A stretch of 64,000 nt of DNA from Setoptus koraiensis (taxonomy: Eukaryota; Animalia; Arthropoda): positions 13,702,001 through 13,766,000 of the forward strand of contig CM106586.1 in the NCBI GenBank assembly GCA_048013815.1, in the 5' to 3' direction. Below the pieces are notes generated by a model that had not been told where the DNA came from, did not search any database, and saw only the letters and a program-made list of their open reading frames with translations. Position 1 is the stretch's first letter. Each line of letters opens with the position of its first letter. Made by a program: the position numbers and the translations under genes. Shown in pieces: positions 47,708 to 61,021 of this stretch.

Positions 47708-50700
47708 GTCGAAAACAACAGCCAGTCAATATTGACCATCGACCTGCCACTCATGACTGATGGCATGACTATTAACTTCTTCGAAGGTCGCCATTTTTAT
47801 CTTTCGGTGGTTGCCGTTCGGTGACGCTTCGCATCGCTCAAACTCAGCCTCTTAACCTGTGCCTCGCATACAGGCTGAGGCTCCCGCGCATCGGCATGAA
47901 ATTTTCTACTTGTTGCTTCGCTTTGGAACAACTCGGCCCGAAATTGGCCTCTTACATTCACTGTGTAACTAATGCTGGAAAAAACACTCACAGAAACGCA
48001 TGACACTGTTTTTGCATGGCTGGCGATCTGAAGAGCCCAGGATGCTCCCTTGCACTTCCCCAGCACTCACAGAATGTCCGAAAAACGTTTATCCCCTTAC
48101 GAAACAGCCCGAAAAAACGTTTATCCCCTTTTGGAAGGGCCCGAAAAAAGTTTTTCGAAATAAAAGTACGTTTCGGGTGTTTCAAGAAGAAAAAAATAAT
48201 CAAAAACTGGCCCGAAAAGATTTTTCGGTTTGTGTAGCCACTTGGAACGTTTTTTTTTCCAATAGCCGCGAGCTTATTTTGGTGCGGATTAATCGTCATC
48301 ATGTGGCTAAGTCGACATTGGGCAGATTTGCGATTTGAGATTGCTGGAGCATTTCGTCTGACTTTCTTGTGAGAGTGGCGGCCAGTGCAAGTCGAGGCCA
48401 GGAAATGGTCGCTCTCTGGCATGCTGCATGACAAGCAGATACAACTCATTAGCTGCGACGAGCTGCTTATATTTCTGACGCCAAATGCAGAAGCAGAAAT
48501 ATCAGCTCAGAGAGTTTATATGTCGCAAATCAAGGTTTTCGGCGGAGATTCCGAGGACACGGTGGCCATTCGCTGTTGCTAATTGAACATGCTGTGCTTC
48601 TGTTCTTGGGATTGTCGATCGTGTGTCACTGACAGCCGGCGCTCCAGTGCCATCATTACGTAACTAGCACTGTGTTTTGGTGTATATTTTGTGTGCGAGT
48701 GTGTAATATTTTGTTGGTATAATTTGTAATATCTGGATATGCGCGATGTTTTAAACTTATCATGTTCAGTAACGAAGGTGGAAAACAAGTAAAAGTCTCA
48801 TTAAGCAAAAACGTATTTCCTGTCCGCTTAAGCGCACAAACGCACACAAAACTAGCTAATACCTCTGCCGACTGCAGCTGCCAGGGTATTATTTCAAGAG
48901 CACGCTTCATGTTGAAATAGTAATCGGAATAGGTCATTTGGTGGTTGCGGTGGTCGTAATGGCGTACTGTTATTGCATAATACGAGTTATAGTCGCTGGC
49001 AGCTAGAAAAAAGGGAAAAGTAATGCCTCTCGATTGAATTATTACAATACATGCATGCGAGGGGGCGCTAGCGGCAGCTACCATTTACTAAATAACTAGT
49101 TACGTAATTTAGCTCGGCCTCTGTGTGTCAGAGGTTACACAGTGAGCGAGTGTTAGTTTAGGGCATTTTTCAATTCAGCATCGGCTTTTTAGTTGCGTGG
49201 TGGTGCAACTAAACTGAATTGTTGCGTGCCCGAATGGGTCTTGTTTCGGTGTTTGTTGGCTCGCCATCGCACACATTAGTAATAGTTGGTTAATAGTTGG
49301 TAGCGGCCTAGTGGTGGACGTACGCAATACGCTGCTGATTCGTATGACCAATTGATGATAACTCACTGGCTAACTCCGGCATTATGTAACCAGCAGTCGA
49401 CACAATCGACTGGTGTTTGGATAAGCTTATTATGGCCAGAATGGCGGGAGGAAGCGCTGCAAAGTGTGTCGACGGCGACCAGCCTGCGCGCGTATATTTG
49501 ATCTTGATGTAACTAACTAAATAATGCACAAAGATATATGAAGAAGTTGCTTGGTTACGTGATTTCTCTCTCTCTCTCTCTCTCTGATGATGCTAATTTT
49601 GTGAGCAACAACAGTAGTAGTCTGATGGTAATAATAATAATAATAATACTGGCTACTGGACACTCATCATCTTCTCTGTGTGTTGTGTAATTTGGGCATG
49701 CCGAATCGAATTGCATCACAGCGAATCGCATGGCATCGCATGGCATCGCGCATTGCGTAAGATCGAGTCACGTCATGCCAGTATTTATCACTTGTATTTA
49801 TAAGTGAAGCAGCTCCGGCTGCCAACTGCAAGCCGACACAAACAGCCACAACTGCGGCCAAACAACTGGCAATTCTTCTAACCGCGATTATAATTACACT
49901 GCGGAGGGTCAGTGGCTTCTTTTTTAGGTGCCTTACAGTGGCCAAGGTTTAGGACCTATGTCAAGTTAATCGCCTGCCTATCGCTGGTCATTAATGGCTT
50001 GCAAACAACGAAACGCAGCAGCGGCAGCAGCAGCAACGGCAATGGCACCAACAAACACAAAGAAAAAGAAGCTTCGTTCGTTGATCTCAACGAAGTCGGC
50101 TTCGGCTTACACTGGCCGAACACTGCAATGCGCTGCCAGGGCCGATTGTTGCCGAAACGTTGCCCCCGAAACGTCACCTCAACGTGAATCAAATGAGCAC
50201 CGAAATACAAGCCAGCCAATATGTCCGACAAACGAGAGTACCGAAAAACCAGAGTTTGCCAAGAAAAAATCAAATTTTATCCATCATTACACACACTTGT
50301 TGTTACTGTTGTTGTTGTTGCTGTTGTTGCTGTTGCTGCTGTTGTTGCCGTTGTTGCCGCTGCTGTTGTTGTTGTTGTTGGATAATGTGCAGTCATTATT
50401 ACATTTCGAATGGATCATAAGTAATTATTATGACTACTGTAATTATGATTCATTCGACGCACACACCCTCGACATTAGTCGCCACAGCTTGCCTGGCCAT
50501 CTTAAGATCAAATCAGTTCGGTTAGCCCTAATCGACACCACCTTTTAATGAAGAGCAACCATAATAAATCGCCAGCATCAGCTGACAATGAGCTTGTGTA
50601 ATATAACTATCAAGATACATGCATGTTGCACACATAAGACCAAAGTTCAATTTGTCCGTTTATTAGATGCAGCTTGTTAGTTTTAGTGCAAACAAACAAC

Positions 50701-51636
50701 CATTTATATCAAGCAATTGTCCGATTATGATTGATAACAGTGATTGTCCACTAGACAGATAGTTGGGCGCAGTGAAAAACAAAAACTCACTTGTGAGCAG
50801 CCTAGATTCACTTTGATTCAAATCGAACGCACACATTAGTTTAGAAAATTGTCAGAAGAGATGAACAGAAATTTACAAGAAGCGATATTCCACGAAAGCA
50901 ATTTGTCTGGTTCTGTGTTGTACTGGCCGTCAAATGCGCCCGACATAGATTTTATCCGTACTTGAACTCACTGTCAGAGAGACGCTGAATTGAATTTGAA
51001 TTTCACATTGAACGATACACACAAGATAATAATTTTTACTCGTAATTTTAGTGCCCACGTCAGTTTAGACAGTAAAATGTTAGTTGGTTTCCACGAACAA
51101 TGTTTGCACTGTGTTTCGCTTCTTCCTGATATTGATGATTTAAACCATGATTAAAATAGGCATTTTTTGGTCAAAATGATTTTTATCTCTTCTTGGCTTC
51201 ATCAAAGTGCATTTTATTCATAATTTCTGAATTAAATGTTTTTTATTAGCAATAAAAACCATTTAGACCCACACTGACGGCCCAGTTCGAGTAACAATGT
51301 ATATGTGTGTTTGTGTTGCCGCAAGGTTGCATACGAGTCTCACCAGCATGCTCAACTGGGACCGCGTATCGTAACTTTGCATGTGTTTTGATACGAAATG
51401 ATTCGAATCATGGTTTGAATGGTTTTAATTTCGAAATTTATTTGAATCAGACGACATAAAAATCGCTTCGTTCAATGTTGACCATTTAAGCCACGGTTAA
51501 AACCAACAAAAAACTTCTTCAAAGTTGATTCAATCGTTCCGTCTTAAACTTTTTGCTTGTTTAGACTTTTCCAACTAAATCATGATAAAATCCATGATGA
51601 TCGAAACATAAAGAGGCCCATTCTACTCGACGGGGA

Positions 51637-51846
51637 CTCACTTCGCGAAGACTTGCGTTAGTGAACGAATGAACGTGAAGTTTCGCGAAATGTTCGTGAA
51701 CTATGATGTCTTGTGAATGCAAGATTATTTCGTGGAAATTCATGAATCATGTTGGTGAATCATTTCCACGAAACGTGTGAACGCAAAGCACATTCGTTCA
51801 CAATAGTGATGCATGTTTCGCATGTGAACTTACTCTCGCAAGTGAG
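51637..51846. mobile_element. Degenerate fold-back / MITE-like element
   Basis: Nested inverted repeats: CTCACTT/AAGTGAG at the ends, GTGAACGAATG (51661)/CATTCGTTCAC (51791), TTTCGTGGAAAT (51728)/ATTTCCACGAAA (51762). No TSD established. Confidence 0.45.
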
Positions 51847-54546
51847 CTCTCTATTTATCTATTACCGCCAAATTGTGTTTGTGTGTCGAGGCGATATCTA
51901 GTGAAATTTCCGGATTATCGCGTTCGCATCTGAATACATGAACGTTACGTAATCAGCATCAAATTTTTCATGCTACAAAGTAGGCAAATAAGGCAACACA
52001 GCCGGCACACAATATCGACAGTGGCAATACAATGAAGCGGCCCATCAATTTGTGAGTTGACATTGTTGCTGCTATGCGAATTACTGTGAAGATTGTAAAC
52101 AACAAATAGGCGCAATATAATGATAGTTTGGTATTTATCAGTTGCGCTCAATGATGACACTCACTCTTAGAATTTAATTATTATTATTATCATTATTATC
52201 TATCTAGCTAAACATTGCTACATTGTGTGTAATTGTGGTGACAACTAAACAAATCTAACGCTAACTAACTTAGTTAGTCTAATTGTGGCAATCTATTTTG
52301 AAATGTTGCCGCTGCAAGTCATCAACAAACATAACGATAGCGCAACCAACAAACGAGCCATTTCGGGTCGATGAACTTATCCGATCGTTTGGCCACAGAG
52401 CCCCAATCACGATATCCAACGATAAAACACCAATGTCTAATGTAACATGTATGCCCTTCCCATTGCCCGCACTAATGCCAATAATGCACGGGGGATAAAT
52501 TCGGGATAGATCGCATACATGCGATTACAGGTTGCAGCCAAAGCAGTTTGTGTTTGGACTAAATAACAATACATGTATTATCGGTGCTAGTGTCAGCATA
52601 GCTCGCCTATGCTAGCTCGGCAAACAGTTTGCCCTATCTAAACTGTCTAATCAATATTGTTTGATCATTGATAAGATTATTGTGACACAATTGAGTCTTT
52701 CAGATAACTGCAAGCTGGCTCATACGAACTGGAGATAGAAAAGCAGTGAGTTTGAGATTCGAAATTCGGACACATCCCGCTGTCCGCTTTTTGCGCTCTC
52801 TGGCCACACGAAGCCAGTATCCATGCGTGAATAGAATCGCGTTTATAAGCAGGGCAGGGTGTATCGCGATAGAGCAGTGGTCATGCTAGACCCTCTATGG
52901 CCGAAACAGTTGGAGTGACCATAAATTGAACAAGTTTATCGCTGTCCGAGCTGATGCTGTCACGGCTGTGTGACACCCACGCTCTTTTGGAGCGCTCACA
53001 AAAATAACGAGGGATCTATATTCAAATTGCGACATATCTTATGAGCGCAACGAAACAGCTATCAGATAATAAGAAAACCAAACAAACTTGTTGTTGGCGC
53101 TCGCATCCAGGTGAGACGCGAATAAGCAAACTTTTCAGCACACTCAAACTTGTGCTACGTGACACCACTGTACCGAATTTGGATTAGATATGGATTTGTT
53201 TTGCTCGTCGTGAGGTTCAATATGTGAGTGCCCACTGCAGAAATCATTGCAAGGATTGTCGTTGCGTTGATTTTCGTTGGCACAAACGCGCTAGAACTTT
53301 CCGAAACAATCTTGCATTAACCGAAGTGCGACAGAGTGCTCGGGTTCGCAGACTATTTCGGAGCATCGTCTTGGATCGCCTTTATCGGGGTGTTCTTATA
53401 ATGACTGTTGTCGCTGTTTGTGCGACAAATGACGATAGAATAGGCCGGGCCGGCCTGCGTCTAGAGCGGATTAGATTTACTTTTCCCATAACGAAACGAC
53501 GACACGAGACGCGACGAGCTTGCAAAAACTTTCAACATTTTTACGCACACACACACACAAGACGAAAGCCACGAATATAGTGAGAATTGCGTGATCAGGT
53601 AAAGTATTGCGTCACGCAATTTATTATCCACTATATATCGCGCTGTATTCATTCACTTAATGATGCAATTTATTAAAAGTGACGCAATGCAAATAAAGTC
53701 GACTTTGCCCTGACTTGTCTGGCTGCCTTTTGGAGCTGCTTGTTGGCTTTTGGGGCTGCTTGTTGGCTTTTGGAGCTGCGTTGGCTGGCTTGTTATGGCT
53801 CGTCATGTCGACTTGACTGTTTAGCGTCGCAGAAAAAGAGAAACGAGTCTGCTGAAAAGTGCCAGAAATTGACCAACTTGCAACTGCTTGCAATTTCCAT
53901 TTTGTGCGCTTAGCATACTGCGCCAAGCGATTCAATCAGCGCCATTGTGATTCACAATTTGTGAGGACAGTGGCGCTGACTGGGGCGAGCGTCAGTTGGA
54001 AGCAAATAGTTGCAGCAAAATGGAGGCAAGTGGAGGAAATGAAGATTCGTAATGTCGCATTAAAGAACAGTTGCGCGCCAGTTACGTCACTCGGTGTGTC
54101 CGTTGGAGGGTGTGCGCGTTTCGCAATGCCGCTCACTGCCAGTTACGGCTGCCGATTGATAACATTGGCTGTAATTTGCAGCACGTCCGTTTTGTTTGTC
54201 GTGTCTGCTCGTCGCAACAACCGACTGACCGCTCCAAAACTGACCACTCAGCTGACCACTGGTCGTCGGCGACCAGTGGTCAGCTGAGCGGTGCTGATAG
54301 AGGTGCACCATTTTGCACTCTTTGCTGTCCTTGTCGTCCTGCCTCATGGTTGTTATTACATCATTATTGAAGCGGCCACATGCGCACTTGAATGCAACTA
54401 ATGGATCTGGCCGCATTATATCGGCCGCATTATGTTGGCCGCATTATGCTGGCCGCAGCGGCTAATGAGAACCTAATGACACTGCAAACTAGACGAGCGC
54501 ACAAATTGTCAAGGTTTGGCAGGTTACTTCGGCAGTGGACAAATCG

Positions 54547-54578
<32 letters not shown>

Positions 54579-54668
54579 GGAAATGACCAGACAGATTTCG
54601 CTGCCGGTCGTCATATTGCTTTCAGGCCAGTTCGCGTTTCGTTTGCGGCGTCCATAGCCGTTTCGGGC

Positions 54669-54748
54669 AACGCTGGCCAAACGCTGGCCGAACGCTGGCC
54701 GAACGCTGGCCGAACGCTGGCCGAACGCTGGCCGAACTCTGGCCAAAC
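54669..54748. repeat. 11-bp tandem repeat (AACGCTGGCCG) x~7
   Basis: Direct reading. Confidence 0.93.
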
Positions 54749-56439
54749 TTACACACAGTCTGGCCAGCGTCGGCCGGAATCAGCTGGGCCATGCTGGCAA
54801 CTGGCTGCGGTCAAGTGTTGTTTGTTTTGTTGGCTGTCATGGCGGCGATGTTGCACTGGTGGCGGTGATTGCAGATAACGACAACAGACGGCGCACAACA
54901 AGTGAGTGTAAAGTGATCTCATCGCGCTGATCTAATCGCCAGATTAGTGGCTATGCTTGCCCATTAGCAAGCAAAGTTTTTAGAGAGATAATTCAAAATA
55001 AACACACACACTGTACGTGTATTTTTGGCCACAAGCGAGCGCGATCGTCGTCAGTTGTCATTAATTAAATGTTTCAAGTAAATCGAAGCAAGCGATCGCA
55101 ACTAAAGTGAAGTGAAGCGCGTTGCAATCAAGTGGGCTTCGCCAAGTGCCAGCCAAGTGAAATGAAACCAAAAAACGGACACTCGCCCGCTCACCTGTTG
55201 GCCTGTTCACCTGTTGGCCTGTTCACCTGTTCGCCGCTCACCTGTTGATCGCGATGGCCGAGAATGGCAACACACACACACACAGGTATAATGTGAGCGC
55301 CTGTTGTGTCGGCGGCAACAGAAATGGCCGCCGGGAGTCTAGAATGCGTCTGGCCGGCCGGCCGGCCGAAATTCCAGCCACTTCGGCCAATCGCAATGTA
55401 AATTGTCAAAGAAAGAAACAAATTGGGCGTCGACGCTGACCCAATGCTATCGGGCCACTTGTTGTTTGCGCACTGCTGCCGCTGCCCATGTTGCGGTAGC
55501 CGGCGTCACTGTCCGCTGGCGGCCGGCGGCTGACGGGTATTTGCGGCCGAAGCGCATTTGCGGCCGAAGCGCAGTGGACATTTATTTGATTTGCTCGCGC
55601 TCTTCGTTGGCATGGCCGGCGCTTTTCGTCGCCGGCCGCCAGCCCGAGCGTCTATCGGTCGGGTCGGTGGTCAGTTGGTGCGATTGTGAATCGGATTGGA
55701 GCTTGCGCGCAATGGATAATGGACAGGCAATCGATTAAGGCCGACTTGGGGCCGGCCCGCAACTGAGCCCGCTCGCTCTCTGCCCTTGAGCCCGCTCTCT
55801 TTGCCCTTGAGACCGCCGACTGAGTCGGCCGAGCCGCCGCGCTCCGTTGAGTGAACGCTGAGTCGTCCGCGCCGACGCCTGGCACGGATGAAGGCCGCCC
55901 GACCGAGACCGGCCCGGCAAACAAGCCCGCGCCGGGTTGTTTGCTGTCCATTGATGAGTTGAGTGGCGGCCATCGCGCCATGTCATCGCCTGAGCGCCTG
56001 ATTAGCTTGCGGGCTGGCCAGCCAGCCGGCTCCGCATGAGTCGGCCTGTCCACTCGAGCCGCTTGTCCGGCCGAATCGGGCCACTTGAGTCGCTCGCATC
56101 GTTCGCACCATGGGCACCGTGTGCCTCGTGTGCTGCACCATGCAGCATGCGCACCGGCTGCACACGGCGCAAGTGTAGGTGTGCAGCCGAGTTCCTTATT
56201 TGGCCTGAGACTCTCGCCGGCCGACAGTGGTCAGCTCTGAAATGATCAAAATTCATAGCCACCATTTTGCATTGTAAACCCGGCCGGGTGCATTATACGG
56301 TGCACATGTAGTTGCATAACGTGGCCGGTGCAATTCTGGCGGCGTGAATGTCGACGCGCACCGAGATGCCATTTTAGCCAGAAAGAATTTGCAGCCCGAT
56401 GCCCATGCCAATGCGCGCTGCCCGGTGTGTTGCGCAACG

Positions 56440-56559
56440 GTGCAGTGGTGCAGTGGTGCAGTGGTGCAGTGGTGCAATAGTGCAATGGTGCAATGGTGCA
56501 ATAGTGCAATAGTGCAATAGTGCAATAGTGCAATAGTGCAATAGTGCAATGGTGCAATG
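56440..56559. repeat. 8-bp tandem repeat (GTGCARTR) x15
   Basis: 4x GTGCAGTG, 7x GTGCAATA, 4x GTGCAATG. Confidence 0.95.
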
Positions 56560-58628
56560 GTGGCATGGTGCAACCACACTGTGATGCAGGACTTTTCGCG
56601 CACCATTCGCTGGCCGGCCGGCGACCAGAACGGCGCAAGTCACAAGCGAGATCAATGACTCGAAATGGGAAATGGGAACCGCCGAGTCCACAGTAGCACA
56701 TGTTGATTTAGTGGGACGACGGCCATTGTTGTTGCGCCGCTGACGAAGCGTCCGGGCGGCTCGGACGCTGAGTCGGGCCCGCGGTAGGAGCCGCGGAATT
56801 CGCTCATCAGCCTCATTCCTTTCGGCCCACTCTGTTCGCGGTGGCTCTGGTGGCATACTCAGTGGCAATAAATTAGCCGCCTTCGGACACACACACTCGG
56901 CCAAAACGAAAGTCCGAGCGGCGCCAAGATGGCCGGGCACAACGTGAGAAGTGGCACCAGCGGCGCTGCACCGACTCACGTTGTTGGCTCAACTCAACGT
57001 GGTGCGCGGTGCAAGGCGGTGCAGTGCCTGTGCAGCGCGGCGAACAACGAACAACGCGAAACGACGGGACGAATAGGAAGAGCACCGAGATGGGACAAAA
57101 AGTAGGCCGGTGATGCGGTGCAAGCGTGCGGCCGAAATGGTGCTATTGACGATGCCAAAATGATTGATGCAATGGAATGCCGAGCGATTAAACTCTCGTC
57201 CGCAATGGTTGCGCAACAGCGCGGCGCAACAAGCGCACCGCAACAACCATTGCGCAACCGTCCTGGCTGTGTGTTGCGCAATAATGGCCATGGCCCGCCG
57301 AATGCTGCACTCCGCTGGCGATGCAATGTTATGCAATGTTATGCAATGTGTGTGTGCGCGCTGGCCGAACGGACGACCGTCAAAGGTGCGCACCGATGGG
57401 CGAGCCAATGGCCTAGAATTGACTTATGCAACAGCACAAACGTTGCGTTACATAAGTACGCACCAGCGGCAAGTGCACAACCAGTGCACAACAAACCGTG
57501 CTACAGTGTGCCTGTGTCATGTGTGTTTCGCCGTGGCCACAAATGAACTCTCGAACGCATCTCATATGGAGCCGGTTCGGCCACTTCGGTCAGATGGCAG
57601 CACCCTCGCGGTGCCGACCGGTCATGATGCTGACGTCCGCATGTCCACTCGCAAACTCACACTCTGAACAGAGCAAGCGCAAGCGGCTCCCTCCATGTGG
57701 TGCCGCTCGATGCTGCATGCACCTCTGGCCGGACCGCTGCACCGAGCGCACCGAGCACGCCGAGCGCACCGAGCACGCCGAGCGCACCGAACAAGACGGC
57801 ACCGAACGAGACGGCACCGAACGAGACGGCACCGAACGAGACGGCACCAAACGAGACGGCACCGGACAGCATAGGCGTGGGAGACTCGCCGTGACTCGAG
57901 AGCCGAGCGGCCAGTTGCGCAAGGGAGACGACGAAGGCTGCACCAACAGGGGGCTGGGAGGGCACCGGCGGTGCTAGGCAAGAGTCGAGCGAGTGCAGCG
58001 CAGCAGCATGTAACAATGTGCACCGACGGTGCGCAACAAGTGTGAGCCGACTCAATCGAGTCAGACCGGCGGACACGCACATGAATTTAAATGGCCGCAG
58101 ATGATGCGCCGAGTTGAGTCCCGTTCGCTGCCAACAATCACCGGCCAGCACATCAGGCGTATCAATTGAGCGGTCAGCCGGCCGGCCGGCCGGCTAGTCG
58201 GCAAGCGCTGCCAGCCTGCAACAGATGAGCGGCGGCGCCGCCGCCGGTCAACGCCGTGCCGTGGCCTGGCAAAGTTGCCGCAGCCATGTTACGTAACAGC
58301 AGCAGACTGGCCACGCCGCGAACTGGCCTGCATGGCATGTCGCCGCTAAGTTCAATGATTCAGCTCTCTGTCGGCGCGTTGACTCATTGGCCACGCCGGA
58401 GGAGCCCGTTTGAGCCGCGCTCGCCGTGTGCCGACGACGCTCCAAGTCCCACGCTGCGCCGTGAGTTGAGTCGCCGCTCGCGGGGCTCACGCAGCTCGGC
58501 TTGAGCCGGTTGAAGGGCCAACGCTGGCCTTGCTCAGCGAGTTGCCTCGCAATGTCGACTCATGATGCAGACTTAGCGCAATGAGTAGACATTGTGAGTC
58601 AATTCGGTCGGCGTCGCCTCGCCGCACC

Positions 58629-58783
58629 ATGCGCTGAGTCGGTACGCTGGGTCGATGCCTGAGTCGATGCGCTGAGTCGGTACGCCGGGTCGATGCCTGA
58701 GTCGATGCGCTGAGTCGGTACGCCGGGTCGATGCCTGAGTCGATGCGCTGAGTCGGTACGCCGGGTCGATGCGCTGAGTCGGT
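58629..58783. repeat. 38-bp minisatellite (ATGCGCTGAGTCGGTACGCCGGGTCGATGCCTGAGTCG) x3 plus partial units
   Basis: Direct reading. Confidence 0.93.
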
Positions 58784-60894
58784 GTAGCGAGCCGGCCGGC
58801 CGGCTTGCAGCATGCTCTTGCGAGCATGGGCTCAACTTGAGGGGGGCGAGAAGGCTTTGCCCTGCGACAAGTGTTCAACAGCGACAGCGGCGTGTCCTGT
58901 GGTTTGTTTGCACTCTGCTCACAAGTCAGCTGTTGTTGCGCAATGGCCCGAGTTGATGCCTAACTAATGCCAGCCTCGCCAACTCGGGCGGACATTTCCC
59001 TCTGCTTTCCCCCACTGTTCACACACACACACACACTGCAGTTGAGTAGCCGACGTATCGCTTGCAAGTGCGACTCAAGTTGAGCTACTCAACTGTTGCC
59101 GGCTCCGTCTGGCAACAAAACTTGAGTCCTGGGCTTAAAGCTATGGCACACGATTCGCGGCACAGACACACCTCAACAAGCGCTGTGCTTGCGCGCACAG
59201 CTACCGTGCTTTGCATGGGCAGTTGAAGCGGTTGCATCATCCTGTTTGTCGGCCCCCACATCACGGAGGAGCGCTGTAAGCTGGCTGCATTAAGTAATGC
59301 AGGCTGTAAGCCGGCAGCTCACCTGGTGTAAGCCATTAGTGGCCGGTTGGCATCGTGAGTTAGTGCGAAAACTGACAGGTGAGTGACTTGTGACTGTTCG
59401 TTGGGTTGTGTGAGCAGCGCACCTAAGAGGCCAATCAGTGCTCAAGTGTTGATATTGGCCGGCGAGATAGCTTATTTCGGTAGTCGCTTGGTTGACAACG
59501 GCGCCATGCTCACAACACAGCAGCAACTACTTATTATCATCAGTATTTAATCAAGCAGCCATCAGATGATTAGTGTGCGATTAGTCGGTGTGATTCTTTC
59601 GGCGCCGCGCAAGGCTGTTGCGCAGACACAGATGCCAAGATAAGTAGAGGAGCGACAAAAAAACTTGATGAAATCAGTTGGCGAGTTGCATCTTTTCAAT
59701 TAATCAATCACTAATGTTGTAAGGTCCGATCTGTGGCGATTGTTGTAGCTGCACGATGGGTGCATACGACAGTTGAGCCACTAGCAAGGGCATTGGACAG
59801 ACAGGACCAACGAGTCTTGCCGAGTCTCGTTAAACGAGACGGCAAGATCGGTAATGGGGCTAATGATTTTGTTCTTAGACCCTGTAGAAGCCTGGTCTCT
59901 CTTAGTCCAGTTTTATGCATATATCCAAAAGATTGCAACACGTAGCATGCACACGTATGTATCAATGATGGGCACCATTTCACGGCCAATTACGGGCTAT
60001 TTAGGCTGTTACCTGTTGTCGGGCGCAGTGTCAGATTTAGCGTTGTTTGTTGCGAATTGTTTGTGTAGCGGCCTTGTGGATCGTGAGAAATCTCATTCTA
60101 TAATCTTATCATCCAACGTTTAAGCCCTGTAAATCTGATTAGATGACGTACATGAGAGAATTTTAGTTTAATCAAGTTTGAATTCGTCTACGACACAAAC
60201 ACAACATTTTGCACAATCCAACAGGGTAGAAACAATGCAACAACAACGCTAAAAGTCTAAAGCTTAACCCGGCTCACAACAGTTGACGTTGTCAGCCTGT
60301 CTTGATGATAACTTTAATTGTCTGACTTGATGATGATATTTACTTCACAGATATTATTGCGTCACCGATCATTACAAATTGTTGATAGGTTTGGCTTTTG
60401 TTTATATGAACTACACACATTATAAACGCTGCATGAATTGATTAGCAAAAAGCGGCCCTCTTATCGCTAAAATGGATTACGTTAGTTTTCTGGGAATATC
60501 AGCAATGCAACAAAAACCGCGACGCAACCGCAAACATTGTATGATTTGATGCAATGCTAATATATATACGTATTTATATATTTATATATAAATATATTTA
60601 TACGTATATAGTAGTAGATATTATATATATAATAATAGTATATGATGAAATATAAAATAGGCCGAGGCAAGACGCTGGGGGTGGCACAAAATGGAACAGA
60701 AGATTGCTTGGTGGCACAGAAAGCTTGGTGTGCCAGTCGGCAAATGAGTGCGGATAGAGCTGCTGTGTGTAAGTTAAGTAACAAGTAAGTGGAGTGAGTT
60801 GAGTCATAGCACACTAAAATGAACTGTTGAAGCTGAGCTAAAACCGGACTCAACTGACCTGAACCGTACTCAAGTGACTCAAGCGACTCAGTTG

Positions 60895-61021
60895 AGACGA
60901 AACGAGACAAGACGAAACGAAACGAAATGAAACCAAACGAGACGAAACCAAACGAGACGAAACCAAACCAAACGAAACGAAACGTAACGAAACGAAACGA
61001 GACGAAACCAAACGAAACGAA
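60895..61021. repeat. (GAAAC)n-type pentamer repeat
   Basis: Direct reading. Confidence 0.9.

Noticed and set aside
25333-58783. Minisatellites as CRISPR-like arrays
   Set aside because: Head-to-tail units with no unique spacers, no cas genes and a eukaryotic context.
59879-59900. miR-10/miR-993-like ACCCTGTAGA
   Set aside because: Only a 10-nt match, with no complementary arm on either side.
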